From IMG/VR virus record IMGVR_UViG_3300034175_000069: a DNA stretch of 64,000 bases; one strand, 5' to 3'. The notes beneath the pieces are model-generated. The model saw nothing but the letters and a program-made list of their open reading frames with translations. It searched no databases and was not told the DNA's origin. This document shows positions 44,025 to 52,223 of the stretch, in pieces. The translations under genes and the position numbers were made by a program. Positions within the stretch are counted from its first letter, which is position 1; each line of letters begins with the position of its first letter. This stretch comes from a virus. Its lineage: Duplodnaviria; Caudoviricetes.

Positions 44025-44417
44025 TCAGTCTCGGGTGGCGGTCGCCAGGACGTTGACCGCCAGGTGGAGCGTGTTGTCCGCCGCGATCATCAGCCAGACG
44101 GACATCCACGGGGGAGTGTCCTCGGGGTACCCGGTGGCGGTGTGCGGCGGCCGGTAGGCGGCCGGGGCGGCCTGGTTCTTCAGCCAGACGGCGTGCTTGG
44201 CCAGCCGGTACCGGTCGATGACGGCGTGGGTGCCGCCGATGACCAGCAGCCGCCACGGGGACCGGGTCACCAGCAGGTGCGCGGCCGTGTACGTCGCGGC
44301 GTGCGCGAGCGCCGGACCCCAGGCCTCGGTCTTCCGCTGGGCCTGGTGGTGGGTCTGCACCAGGTAGTCGCCGATCAGGTGCGCGAGCACCAGCCGCGTG
44401 CCGGTTGACACGGTCAC
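44025..44417 (-). CDS. DUF3307-family membrane protein
   Basis: LAHLIGDYLVQT...HAATY...HAVIDR...ADNTLH. Confidence 0.75.
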   Translation of the reverse strand: MTVSTGTRLVLAHLIGDYLVQTHHQAQRKTEAWGPALAHAATYTAAHLLVTRSPWRLLVIGGTHAVIDRYRLAKHAVWLKNQAAPAAYRPPHTATGYPEDTPPWMSVWLMIAADNTLHLAVNVLATATRD

Positions 44418-44614
44418 AGCTTCTCCGGCTCCGCCTGCCGCTGCTCGGCGGTCTGGACCGAGTGGGCGTAGGCCTGGGTCAGCGCCTTGCCCACCTCCTC
44501 CAGTGTGGCCGTGCTCGACCACGCGCACTGCACGACCACCTCGATCTTCGACGGCTCACCGTCGGGCGCGGGCACGGCGGTCGGCAGCTCCAGGCGCAGC
44601 TGGAAGTTCCTCAT
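44414..44614 (-). CDS. hypothetical protein
   Basis: ATGA overlaps; RBS GGAGGAG. Confidence 0.55.
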   Translation of the reverse strand: MRNFQLRLELPTAVPAPDGEPSKIEVVVQCAWSSTATLEEVGKALTQAYAHSVQTAEQRQAEPEKL

Positions 44615-44769
44615 CTGGTCTCCTCCAGAGCCATCAGCATCTGGTCCAGGGTCTCCTGGGCCGTCTGGGGCACCGGGAACGGGTCCAGGAAGTCCACGGC
44701 CCGCACAGCGTGCTGCTGGTCCCCACCGCTCAGTGTCAGCGCGAGGGCCAGCAGACCGGCGAGACCCAT
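44611..44769 (-). CDS. small secreted or membrane protein
   Basis: Hydrophobic N-terminus; RBS AGGAG-like; TGATG overlap. Confidence 0.45.
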   Translation of the reverse strand: MGLAGLLALALTLSGGDQQHAVRAVDFLDPFPVPQTAQETLDQMLMALEETR

Positions 44770-44960
44770 CAGCTGGCCGCCTCGTCCTCGGGCTTGGCCA
44801 CGGACTTCCACTCGGTGCGGGCGTACTCGGCCACGGCGGTCCCGTCACCGCCGTACAGGACCAGGTTCCCGTCTCCGGTGACATCCCACGAGGCGGCGGT
44901 CGGGTGGGGGACCTTCAGGCCGCCGTAGTGGTCGCTGGTCGGAACGTAGACGTTCAGCAT
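44769..44960 (-). CDS. hypothetical protein, leaderless
   Basis: MLNVYVP...W...G.L.LY...AVAEY....W. Confidence 0.6.
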   Translation of the reverse strand: MLNVYVPTSDHYGGLKVPHPTAASWDVTGDGNLVLYGGDGTAVAEYARTEWKSVAKPEDEAAS

Positions 44961-44988
44961 GGGTCCAGTATGCCGAGAGATGTCAACC
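44961..44988 (-). promoter_or_regulatory. leaderless promoter with proximal box only
   Basis: GGTTGACA-8 nt-CATACT-6 nt-ATG; no canonical -35. Confidence 0.55.
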
Positions 44989-45001
44989 AGACCCCGGACA
45001 G

Positions 45002-45041
45002 CAGAAGACCCCCTGCCGGGGGGAGTCGGCAGGGGGTCTTC
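45002..45041. terminator. intrinsic terminator hairpin
   Basis: GAAGACCCCCTGCCG...CGGCAGGGGGTCTTC 15-bp stem. Confidence 0.75.
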
Positions 45042-45120
45042 CGGCGGCCAGCCCGGGGAAGCTGGTCTTCTCAGCCTACGCGGGCGGCCCAATCTCTCGC
45101 GGCCAGATTGTGGGGCCGGA

Positions 45121-45372
45121 TCAGGCCTCGATCTTGTCGGCGACGAACTGGTAGCCGAACTCCTCGGTGGCGGTGCGCGCGGCCTCGGTGGCCTTCCGCT
45201 TGGTCCAGTAGCGCTCGGCGTAGTCAGCCAGGAGAGGCGCGTGGACAGTGTACTTCGGGCCCTCGTAGATCCAGAAGCCGATGCCCGCGACTGCCAGTGC
45301 GAGAACGAAGGGGATGGACATCCGGACGAGGATCAGGAAGACGGTGGCCGTGTCGATCAGTGTCTGCGTCAT
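45121..45372 (-). CDS. small membrane protein, leaderless
   Basis: MTQT start; TM segment. Confidence 0.65.
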   Translation of the reverse strand: MTQTLIDTATVFLILVRMSIPFVLALAVAGIGFWIYEGPKYTVHAPLLADYAERYWTKRKATEAARTATEEFGYQFVADKIEA

Positions 45373-45409
45373 GCAAGAAGTATGGCATGGCTATGTCAAC
45401 AGTGTCAAC
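45373..45409 (-). promoter_or_regulatory. tandem-box sigmaA-type promoter
   Basis: TTGACA-CTGTTGACATAGCCATGC(18)-CATACT-6 nt-ATG. Confidence 0.8.
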
Positions 45410-45430
45410 AACTACTTTCGGCCGAACGCC

Positions 45431-45462
45431 AGAGAGCCCGCCACCGGCTGGTGACGGGCTCT
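45431..45462. terminator. hairpin / terminator
   Basis: GAGAGCCCG(C)CACC-GGCT-GGTG(A)CGGGCTCTC. Confidence 0.65.
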
Positions 45463-45476
45463 CGACCTGCGATTAC

Positions 45477-45728
45477 TCAGTCCACGGGGACCGGATCGAC
45501 CCCCAGGATCTTGCAGACCTTGACCTGGGTGGTCCCGGTCTCGCCCGGCTGCTCCAGGCGCTTGCGCTCCTCCCGGCGGAACCGGGCCGCCTCGCGGCGG
45601 GCCTCGGTCCGGTCGATGAACGGGAGCACCTGGTCCCCCTTCGTGTCCACGACCGGACCGGTCCCCCAGGCGTGGACCACCCCGTTGTCCGCGATCGTCA
45701 CCACCACGTAGAGCCCCGCGTCGGCCAT
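45477..45728 (-). CDS. hypothetical protein
   Basis: MADAGLYVVV...; RBS AAGGG. Confidence 0.6.
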   Translation of the reverse strand: MADAGLYVVVTIADNGVVHAWGTGPVVDTKGDQVLPFIDRTEARREAARFRREERKRLEQPGETGTTQVKVCKILGVDPVPVD

Positions 45729-45730
45729 CG

Positions 45731-46627
45731 TCAGCCCTTCCCGTTCCGGCGGGCGTCCTTGTTGGCCAGGTAGGTCTGCCGGTCCTGTGCGGCGATCTGG
45801 CGGTCGGACAGCCCGTCCTGGTTGTGCCGGTTCTTCCGGCCCTTCCGGCGCTGCTTGCGGCTGCCCGGCCGGTTGCGCGGCGCGGGGTAGGCGTCGGTCC
45901 GGAACTCCACGAAGTCCGGCCGCTCGGAGTCCATGCGCGCCAGGAACCCGGCGTGCTCGCTGTCCATCTCCTCGCGGCGGCGCAGCTCGTCCTCCTGCTC
46001 GTCCAGGAAGTTCGCCCGCTCCTCCTCGGTCATCCCGGCCCAGATCTCCTCGAACTCGTCGTCCGTGGCGCTGGACAGCGGGTCCGCGCCGGTCTTGCTG
46101 GAGAACGACGGAGCCGGGTCCTTGGCGATCGTGCCGCCGCTGTACTTGCTGTCCCAGTCGAAGTCCCGGGCGTAGACCGAGCTGCCGCCGTAGCTGTAGG
46201 GCATGACGGTCTGACCGGCACCCGGCCGGGTGTCGCGGCGGGCGGGCGTCCACGGCTTGGCCGGTGCCACGCCGCGCGGGGACTTGGAGTAGGGCGCGTA
46301 GTCCTGGAGCGCTGCCATCGCGGTCCAGAAGCCGTAGTAGGCGTTGTGGCGGCTGCCGAACTTCGTCTTCGGGGCCTTGCGCAGCGCCTCGTCCTTGAAG
46401 TGGCTGGTGATCCGGCCGTCCATGACCATCTGCGCGATGCGCTCGGCCACGTCGGTGCGCTTGACCTTCGCCCGCCACAGGTAGTCAGCGCCGGGGTGCT
46501 GCTCGACCGTGATGCCGGGGAAGTTGCCCTCCAGGTCTTCCCGGACGCGGGCCCGGAGCCACAGGTACTCGGGGTCCTTGCGGTCGGTGACGAAGGTGAA
46601 GAAGCCGTGCTCGGTGACTACCCACAT
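45731..46627 (-). CDS. conserved phage protein with charged low-complexity C-terminus
   Basis: MWVVTEHGFF...LRARVREDLE...ADY.WRA...FKDE; RBS AGGA. Confidence 0.75.
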   Translation of the reverse strand: MWVVTEHGFFTFVTDRKDPEYLWLRARVREDLEGNFPGITVEQHPGADYLWRAKVKRTDVAERIAQMVMDGRITSHFKDEALRKAPKTKFGSRHNAYYGFWTAMAALQDYAPYSKSPRGVAPAKPWTPARRDTRPGAGQTVMPYSYGGSSVYARDFDWDSKYSGGTIAKDPAPSFSSKTGADPLSSATDDEFEEIWAGMTEEERANFLDEQEDELRRREEMDSEHAGFLARMDSERPDFVEFRTDAYPAPRNRPGSRKQRRKGRKNRHNQDGLSDRQIAAQDRQTYLANKDARRNGKG

Positions 46628-46664
46628 GATGATCGTTTCCTGTCTGTCGGGTCGCTGCTGCGTT

Positions 46665-46701
46665 GGTTCAAGTATGGCATAGATGTGTCAACAGTGTCAA
46701 C
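46665..46701 (-). promoter_or_regulatory. tandem-box sigmaA-type promoter (leadered)
   Basis: TTGACA-CTGTTGACACATCTATGC(18)-CATACT; ~37-nt leader. Confidence 0.75.
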
Positions 46702-46707
46702 AAGCAA

Positions 46708-47292
46708 TCAGCTCGTGGCGCGCACCTGCTGCTGGAGGGCCACGAACCGGGCCTCGGCCTCCTCGGCCAGGGCCTGCCACTCGGCCACCTCGGAGGACAG
46801 CCGCTCGATGGTCGCCAGGGCGTTGTCCAGCTCGCGGGCGACGGTCGCCTTGCTCCGGCTGGTGCCGTAGTGCGTGGCCAGGTGGACGGCCTGCTGGGCG
46901 GGGCTGGTCTCCCGACCGCACCCGCCGAACGGGCAGAGCACCCGGCGGTGGGCGTGGGCGGCGTGGATGTTGACCCGGCCGACGGTCTGGAACGGCTTGC
47001 CGCAGTCCGGGCAGGTGGGGGACGTGTCAACCGACTCCGGATTGGCCGGTGCCGAGCTAACTCCGTGCTCGCGCTTCCAGCGTTCGATCTTGGTCCGGTT
47101 GTTGACCAGGTGCCGGGGGCTGCCCAGCTTCGGGGTGATGGAGCACGTGGACTTCCCGTCGGGTGCCCGCATGATCGCGTGCCCCGGGGTGCTCAGCCGA
47201 CCAGTCCAGCCGAGGTCTTCCAGCTCGCGTACCAGCGCGGCCATCTCTCGGTGGAAGCTGGCGGGCAGCTTCAGGCTCGTTGTCTGCGTCAT
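46708..47292 (-). CDS. HicA-like N-terminal domain fused to C2H2-type zinc fingers and a coiled coil, leaderless
   Basis: LEDLGW...GHAIMRAPDG...ITP..SPR..N...IER; CPDC-12-H-4-H; CPFGGC...HLATH. Confidence 0.55.
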   Translation of the reverse strand: MTQTTSLKLPASFHREMAALVRELEDLGWTGRLSTPGHAIMRAPDGKSTCSITPKLGSPRHLVNNRTKIERWKREHGVSSAPANPESVDTSPTCPDCGKPFQTVGRVNIHAAHAHRRVLCPFGGCGRETSPAQQAVHLATHYGTSRSKATVARELDNALATIERLSSEVAEWQALAEEAEARFVALQQQVRATS

Positions 47293-47329
47293 GCAAGAAG
47301 AATAGCAGCTGCTACTCAACTATGTCAAC
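47293..47329 (-). promoter_or_regulatory. sigmaA-type promoter with degenerate second box
   Basis: TTGACA-TAGTTGAGTAGCAGCTGC(18)-TATTCT-6 nt-ATG. Confidence 0.75.
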
Positions 47330-47810
47330 GAACGGCTACCTGCTCCGCCGTGTCGGTGCCATTGACCCGGTGGCGGCCCTCGCGCTCCGGAGTGCCCCAG
47401 GGGACCCGCAGCGGGGGCGGCGTGGGGATGTCCCCGGGACGCACGCCCATGCCGATCAGCTGCTGGGTGCGGTCGAAGTCCCAGCCCATGTGCTCGCGGA
47501 TCAGGCGGCCCAGCTTGTCGCGGTCCTCGAACAGCTCAGCGACCTGGCGCTCCAGCTCGGCCAGCTTCTGGGTGACGAACTCCCGGTCGCCCAGCAGCTT
47601 CTGGCGGTTCTCGCGGCGCTCCTTGGCCTCGCGCTCCTCGCGCTGCCTGCCCAGCTCGCGGATCCACCGGGCCAGGACCCCGATCGGGCCCTTCATCTTC
47701 GCGGCCACGTTCGTACCGAGGATCAGGATGAAGGCGGCCAGCAGGCACCACTGGACCACGACGTTGTCCGAGACCATGTCCCAGACCTCAGTGGGGATTC
47801 CTTCCAGCAC
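47325..47810 (-). CDS. membrane protein with coiled coil
   Basis: One TM segment, heptads, HMGWDFD...PTPPPL; RBS AGGAGG before GTG 47810. Confidence 0.7.
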   Translation of the reverse strand: MLEGIPTEVWDMVSDNVVVQWCLLAAFILILGTNVAAKMKGPIGVLARWIRELGRQREEREAKERRENRQKLLGDREFVTQKLAELERQVAELFEDRDKLGRLIREHMGWDFDRTQQLIGMGVRPGDIPTPPPLRVPWGTPEREGRHRVNGTDTAEQVAVR

Positions 47811-47841
47811 CGCTGGACCTCCTTCCTGCTCGTTCGATGCT

Positions 47842-48522
47842 TCAGTCGCCCAGGAGGCGGAGATCGCGGAGGTCTTCTTCTTCCTCCCGGCGCAGGCGCT
47901 CGTCACGCCTGGCCAGGATCTGGGTCCCGAAGCCGAAGACCAGGTGGAGAACCGCCGCGCCCAGGAAGCCGTTACCGGTGCGGTAGCCCGATCCCAGGCC
48001 GTGGGCGGCCAGCCAGCCGCCGATGCCCATCGCCAAGGCTCCGCCGAGCAGGGCCAGGATGTCCGGGACGCGCCGGGAATCGGTGACCAGCAGCCCCGCT
48101 GCCACCAGCAGCAACGCCGATCCAGCGCCCGCTGTCAACCAGTCGTCAACCGGGCTGTCCCGCAGGAACGTGATGCCCAGGACCAGGTAGCTCACGCCGA
48201 CCAGCAGGTGGCCGACGGACAGGCCACGAACCCATCCCATCGCCAGGCTGATGAAGGCCAGCCCGGCTGGAGCCAGGAAGGACAGGCCGAGCATCTTCAG
48301 CGAGATGTCGGCCTCGATGCCCCGCAGGGCCTCGGAGCCGCCCAGCTCCGCTGAGGAAGCTGCACCGACGGGGAGCGTCAGGTAGTCCATGCCGCGCTGC
48401 GCGGCCGTCCAGAGCGTCACCACCTGGGCGATGAGCAGGATCGTGTTCGTACTGCCTGGACGCCAGTTGCCTCGCAGTCTCCAGCTGCACAGGCGGTTCC
48501 AGGCGTGGCTGATGGCGTTCAT
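47842..48522 (-). CDS. multi-pass membrane protein
   Basis: About 6 TM segments; RBS AGGAG. Confidence 0.75.
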   Translation of the reverse strand: MNAISHAWNRLCSWRLRGNWRPGSTNTILLIAQVVTLWTAAQRGMDYLTLPVGAASSAELGGSEALRGIEADISLKMLGLSFLAPAGLAFISLAMGWVRGLSVGHLLVGVSYLVLGITFLRDSPVDDWLTAGAGSALLLVAAGLLVTDSRRVPDILALLGGALAMGIGGWLAAHGLGSGYRTGNGFLGAAVLHLVFGFGTQILARRDERLRREEEEDLRDLRLLGD

Positions 48523-48935
48523 GTCTCCTCGGGGACCAGCGGGCGACCAGTTGCATCGCGGGGATCGGTGAGCGGGGTGACACGGTCTCGTGCTCGGATC
48601 CGAGCGACGATCCACGGGCCCACCAGCGACCAGGCAACTCCTACGGCCAGGACGGCGGCGGAGGACTGGTCAGCGAGTGCTTGGAGGTCATAGTCCACGG
48701 GGATCAGCACCCCCAGCAGGCGCAACACTCCGCCGATGCTGAGGATCACACCGGAGATCGCTCCAGCCACCTTGGCCGCATTGAGCACGGGCTCGGGCCG
48801 CTTGCCGGAGTCCTCGACCAGCCGCTGGGCTGGCGGGTCCTCGGGAGGTGCTGGAGGCGTGTCAACCGGCGGCACCGGCCCCGGACGGGCCTGGATCGGG
48901 ATCTCGGTCGTGTCCGGGGCGCGGTGGTCGGCCAT
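48519..48935 (-). CDS. holin-like membrane protein
   Basis: Two TM segments then AR.RVTPL.DPR...G.PLVP, a pattern common in actinophage holin-like proteins. Confidence 0.55.
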   Translation of the reverse strand: MADHRAPDTTEIPIQARPGPVPPVDTPPAPPEDPPAQRLVEDSGKRPEPVLNAAKVAGAISGVILSIGGVLRLLGVLIPVDYDLQALADQSSAAVLAVGVAWSLVGPWIVARIRARDRVTPLTDPRDATGRPLVPEET

Positions 48936-49495
48936 CAGTCGTCCTGGGAGCCCTGGCCCTCGGCCTGGGTGCGGACAGCCGCCAGCTGCTGCTCGCGGCG
49001 CTCGTCGGACAGGGACTGAAGGGTCTCGGCGTGCAGCTGCGACCGCTCGGAGTTCAGCGCGATGCCGCCGTTGACCGAGGCCGTGGCGTTGCTGCCCTGG
49101 ACCTCCTCGGCGGCCTTGGGCTCCGAGGTGCCGTCGGACTGGGCCGGGCCGTTGGCGTCGGCCTCACGGAGCCGGGCCACGATCTCGTCCCGCGTCCCCG
49201 CAGCGTTGATCTCCCGGTCCTTGGCCTCGGACTGGAGCCTGCGGTAGGGCCAGACGTTCTCGTCGTCGTAGTCGTCACCGTCGTCCTCCTCAGCCTCCTC
49301 GGCGGCCGGTGGCTGGACAGTGCCGACCAGCGGGTCCTGGTTGATCTCCACGTCCGCCTGCTTGTTCTGGGCGGGCGCGACCTCGGACGTGTTGGCGGCG
49401 ACGGCAGACGGCTGAGCGTCCGCCGGGGAGTTCCCGGTCGTGTCGGCCGGGTTCCCGGGGGTGGTCGGGCTGGACGTGGCTGCGGGCTGGGTCAT
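48935..49495 (-). CDS. acidic disordered protein with SAP/HeH-like motif
   Basis: YRRLQSEAKDREINAAGTRDEIVARL; RBS GAGG. Confidence 0.55.
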   Translation of the reverse strand: MTQPAATSSPTTPGNPADTTGNSPADAQPSAVAANTSEVAPAQNKQADVEINQDPLVGTVQPPAAEEAEEDDGDDYDDENVWPYRRLQSEAKDREINAAGTRDEIVARLREADANGPAQSDGTSEPKAAEEVQGSNATASVNGGIALNSERSQLHAETLQSLSDERREQQLAAVRTQAEGQGSQDD

Positions 49496-49666
49496 GGAAG
49501 TGCACCTCACGGAGTCAACGGAGCGTGGGCATGTGCGCGCTCACGGTACCGAGGTACCCCGCAACTGGGTCCGGACAGCACAACGCCCCCGGCAGGACTC
49601 CCCTGGCCGGACGAACCGGTGTCCTGGGAGCCACCCTGACGGGGGCGCTGCTCGGTGCTGGGTGGA

Positions 49667-49990
49667 TCAGGTGGGATCGACTGGCACGAAGCGCAGGTAG
49701 ACCTCCACGGGATGGTCTCGCTCGACGCGCTTGTCGGTTGACACCTGGACCTCCCAGCGCCCGCCCTCGGGGTTGGCGAAGGCTGCGATGAGCCCCCGCC
49801 GGATGCGGTAGGCGGTCTGGGAGAACACGCCGTAGCGCGCTTCCGGGCCACCTCCCACCAGGTGCCACTCGCCGGGCTTGCCCTTGACGGTGTCGGCCAC
49901 GGTCCCGAAGTCCTCGAACAGCACCCGCGACCGGGTACGGCGCGGCTGCTGTGCAGTGACAGTCGGGCTGTCGATCACGGATGCAGTCAT
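49667..49990 (-). CDS. small conserved actinophage protein, possibly DNA-binding, leaderless
   Basis: VKGKPGEW...TAYRIRRG...AF...GRWEV. Confidence 0.65.
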   Translation of the reverse strand: MTASVIDSPTVTAQQPRRTRSRVLFEDFGTVADTVKGKPGEWHLVGGGPEARYGVFSQTAYRIRRGLIAAFANPEGGRWEVQVSTDKRVERDHPVEVYLRFVPVDPT

Positions 49991-50026
49991 GGGACCAGTA
50001 TGGGACAGATGGTCAACAGTGTCAAC
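49991..50026 (-). promoter_or_regulatory. tandem-box sigmaA-type promoter
   Basis: TTGACA-CTGTTGACCATCTGTCC(17)-CATACT-6 nt-ATG. Confidence 0.75.
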
Positions 50027-51981
50027 TAGCTGAACAGCGCCAGCAGCTTGTCCTGGTCCCCGACCAGGCTCTCCAGCAGCATCGCGTTCTGGCCGTGCCG
50101 GTCGATCTGCTTGTCCTCGACCGTGCCCGCTGTGACGTAGTCGATCACGTTGATGCTGTCGTGAGCCTCCGAGCCGATCCGGTGGACCCGGTCCAAGCCC
50201 TGCTTCCACAGGATCGGGCTCCAGCTCCGCTGGACCCGCAGCAGCCAGTTGGCGGCGGTCAGCGTGACGCCCGTGCCACCGGCCGCGTAGGTGTAGAGCA
50301 TCCAGCGCTTCTTCTTGCCCTGGAAGTCGTAGATGGCCTGGTCAGCGGCGGCCTGGGTCATGTCACCGGCGATGACGGCGATCTGGTCGGGGTCGATCCC
50401 GGACTCGATCATCTGGGCCTCCAGCAGCCGCAGCAGCCGCCGGGACTCCAGCGAGACGGCCACGGAGTCCGTGCCGAACTCGTCCCCGTTCATGTCCTCC
50501 AGGACGGCGTCGATCTTCCCGCTGGGCATCCGCAGCAGCATCTTGACCGGGATGTCGTCATCGGTGCTGGCGCTGGTCGCCTCGGGGTCCTCCGGGTAGC
50601 CGGTGGCGCTGGCCAGCATGGTCAGCCGCCCGGTGGCGACCATCGGGTTGGAGGCGATGATCTTGCCCTCCTTGACCAGCAGGATCATCTCGTCCCGCAT
50701 CTGGTTGTAGGCCTTGCGCTGCTCGGTGGCCATGTCAACCTCGCGGACCATGCCGCCACCCATGATCATGGGCGGCAGGCTCAGCACCTCGGCCTTCAGC
50801 CGACGCCGGGTGATCGCGCCGAAGCACTGCTGGAACTCGTCGGTCCGGTGCGGCTTCAGGCCGTAGGTCTCGAAGTACCCGGCCAGGTTGTAGCCGGACT
50901 CGGCGTAGTACTCGATCCAGCTGGTCTTCACCGGCCAGGCCTCGGCGTCCGCGTAGTGCAGGACGGTCCACGCCTGCTCCACACGGCGGCTGACGGGCGT
51001 ACCGGTCAGCCCCCACCGCATGGCCTCGGGAGCGCTGCGCACGACGCCCCAGAGCGCCTGGGTGGTCTGGGAGGTGTTGTTCATGGCCTTGTGCAGCTCG
51101 TCGGCCACGATCAGCGCCCAGGGGATCTTGTTCAGCTCCTTGGCGTGCGCCTGGCACTTCGCCTCGGTGACGGTGTCCTCGGCCGACTGCTGGGGGCCGC
51201 CGCAGGCCTCGCACTTCTTCAGCGCCTGGCCGGGCGCGGCAGCGAACCGGGTGTGGATCCGCAGGGCGTCCCAGCCGATGATGGCGACCCCGGTCTGGGC
51301 CTCGGCGATCTGGTCCAGGGCCTTGCGCCGCTGGGTCGGTGTGCCGGTCACCAGGACCACCGGGCCCGGGGCCTCGCCCAGGAAGTCGGTCAGGTCATCG
51401 AACCAGGCGGTCCGCATGGTCTTCTTCGGCGCGATGATCAGCACCGGCCGGTTGACATCGGGCAGGTTCAGCTTCCGCATCCCGTTGATCGCCCCGGCGG
51501 TCTTGCCGATGCCGGTCTCGGAGAGCAGCAGCCGCCCGCGCGTGGGCTCGATCCCATCGCCGTAGGACAGCCAGTCCCCGTCCACCTCCTGGTGCGGGAA
51601 GAACAGGTCGTCCGGGCCCTTGACCGCGTCCTTGTCCAGCTTGTCCGCCAGGGCCCGGAGCTTGCCCCAGTGCTCGGCCTGCTCGTTGACCCAGGCCTGG
51701 AGAGCCGGGTGCGGGAGGATCGGCAGCTTGGTCTCCTTCGCCATCGCCCCCAGAGCCAGCACGGCGGGCCAGGCCTTCGGCAGCGTCCAGATGCTGTCGG
51801 CCTTGGAGTACAGCGCACCCGGGATCGACTGGAGGCGCGGCATGTAGGTCGGCGGCACGTAAACCGCCATGCGCCCGGCGTACCGGCCCTCGTGGATGTC
51901 GAAGGGGTAGATGCCGGGCGTCGCACGCTCCAGCTTGGACGTGTCAACCGCCGGGGCGGGCTTGGACAGGGTGGCGGTCAT
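50026..51981 (-). CDS. SNF2-like DNA helicase
   Basis: SETGIGKT, IVADELHK, GLTGTP, AGGTGVTLTAA, QGLDRVHRIG. Confidence 0.9.
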   Translation of the reverse strand: MTATLSKPAPAVDTSKLERATPGIYPFDIHEGRYAGRMAVYVPPTYMPRLQSIPGALYSKADSIWTLPKAWPAVLALGAMAKETKLPILPHPALQAWVNEQAEHWGKLRALADKLDKDAVKGPDDLFFPHQEVDGDWLSYGDGIEPTRGRLLLSETGIGKTAGAINGMRKLNLPDVNRPVLIIAPKKTMRTAWFDDLTDFLGEAPGPVVLVTGTPTQRRKALDQIAEAQTGVAIIGWDALRIHTRFAAAPGQALKKCEACGGPQQSAEDTVTEAKCQAHAKELNKIPWALIVADELHKAMNNTSQTTQALWGVVRSAPEAMRWGLTGTPVSRRVEQAWTVLHYADAEAWPVKTSWIEYYAESGYNLAGYFETYGLKPHRTDEFQQCFGAITRRRLKAEVLSLPPMIMGGGMVREVDMATEQRKAYNQMRDEMILLVKEGKIIASNPMVATGRLTMLASATGYPEDPEATSASTDDDIPVKMLLRMPSGKIDAVLEDMNGDEFGTDSVAVSLESRRLLRLLEAQMIESGIDPDQIAVIAGDMTQAAADQAIYDFQGKKKRWMLYTYAAGGTGVTLTAANWLLRVQRSWSPILWKQGLDRVHRIGSEAHDSINVIDYVTAGTVEDKQIDRHGQNAMLLESLVGDQDKLLALFS

Positions 51982-52223
51982 CGCGGCTTCTCCATCAGCT
52001 GGGCCAGCACCTTCTGCTGGCGGATCTCCTCGCGGCCCTCCTCGCGGGCGAGCGCGATGGCCTTGGCCACCCGCTCGATCTGGCGCAGGCTGGCGTCGTT
52101 CACGTCCTGGATCCGGACGGTCTTGGCGGCGGCGGGCATGACCGCCTGGTAGGCGACGTGCATGTCCAGGCCGGTCGGCTTGATCTCGGCGGGGTTGATC
52201 ACGGTCGGGGCTCCGGGCTCCAT
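51978..52223 (-). CDS. hypothetical protein
   Basis: ATGA overlap with the helicase. Confidence 0.5.
   Translation of the reverse strand: MEPGAPTVINPAEIKPTGLDMHVAYQAVMPAAAKTVRIQDVNDASLRQIERVAKAIALAREEGREEIRQQKVLAQLMEKPR

Noticed and set aside
49580-49650. Multi-stem intergenic structure as an ncRNA
   Set aside because: Adequately explained as a terminator-like hairpin; no recognisable RNA family motif
35631-50026. Repeated TGTCAACAGTGTCAAC elements as a CRISPR-like array
   Set aside because: Copies are kilobases apart and embedded in promoter geometry; no regular spacers and no cas operon
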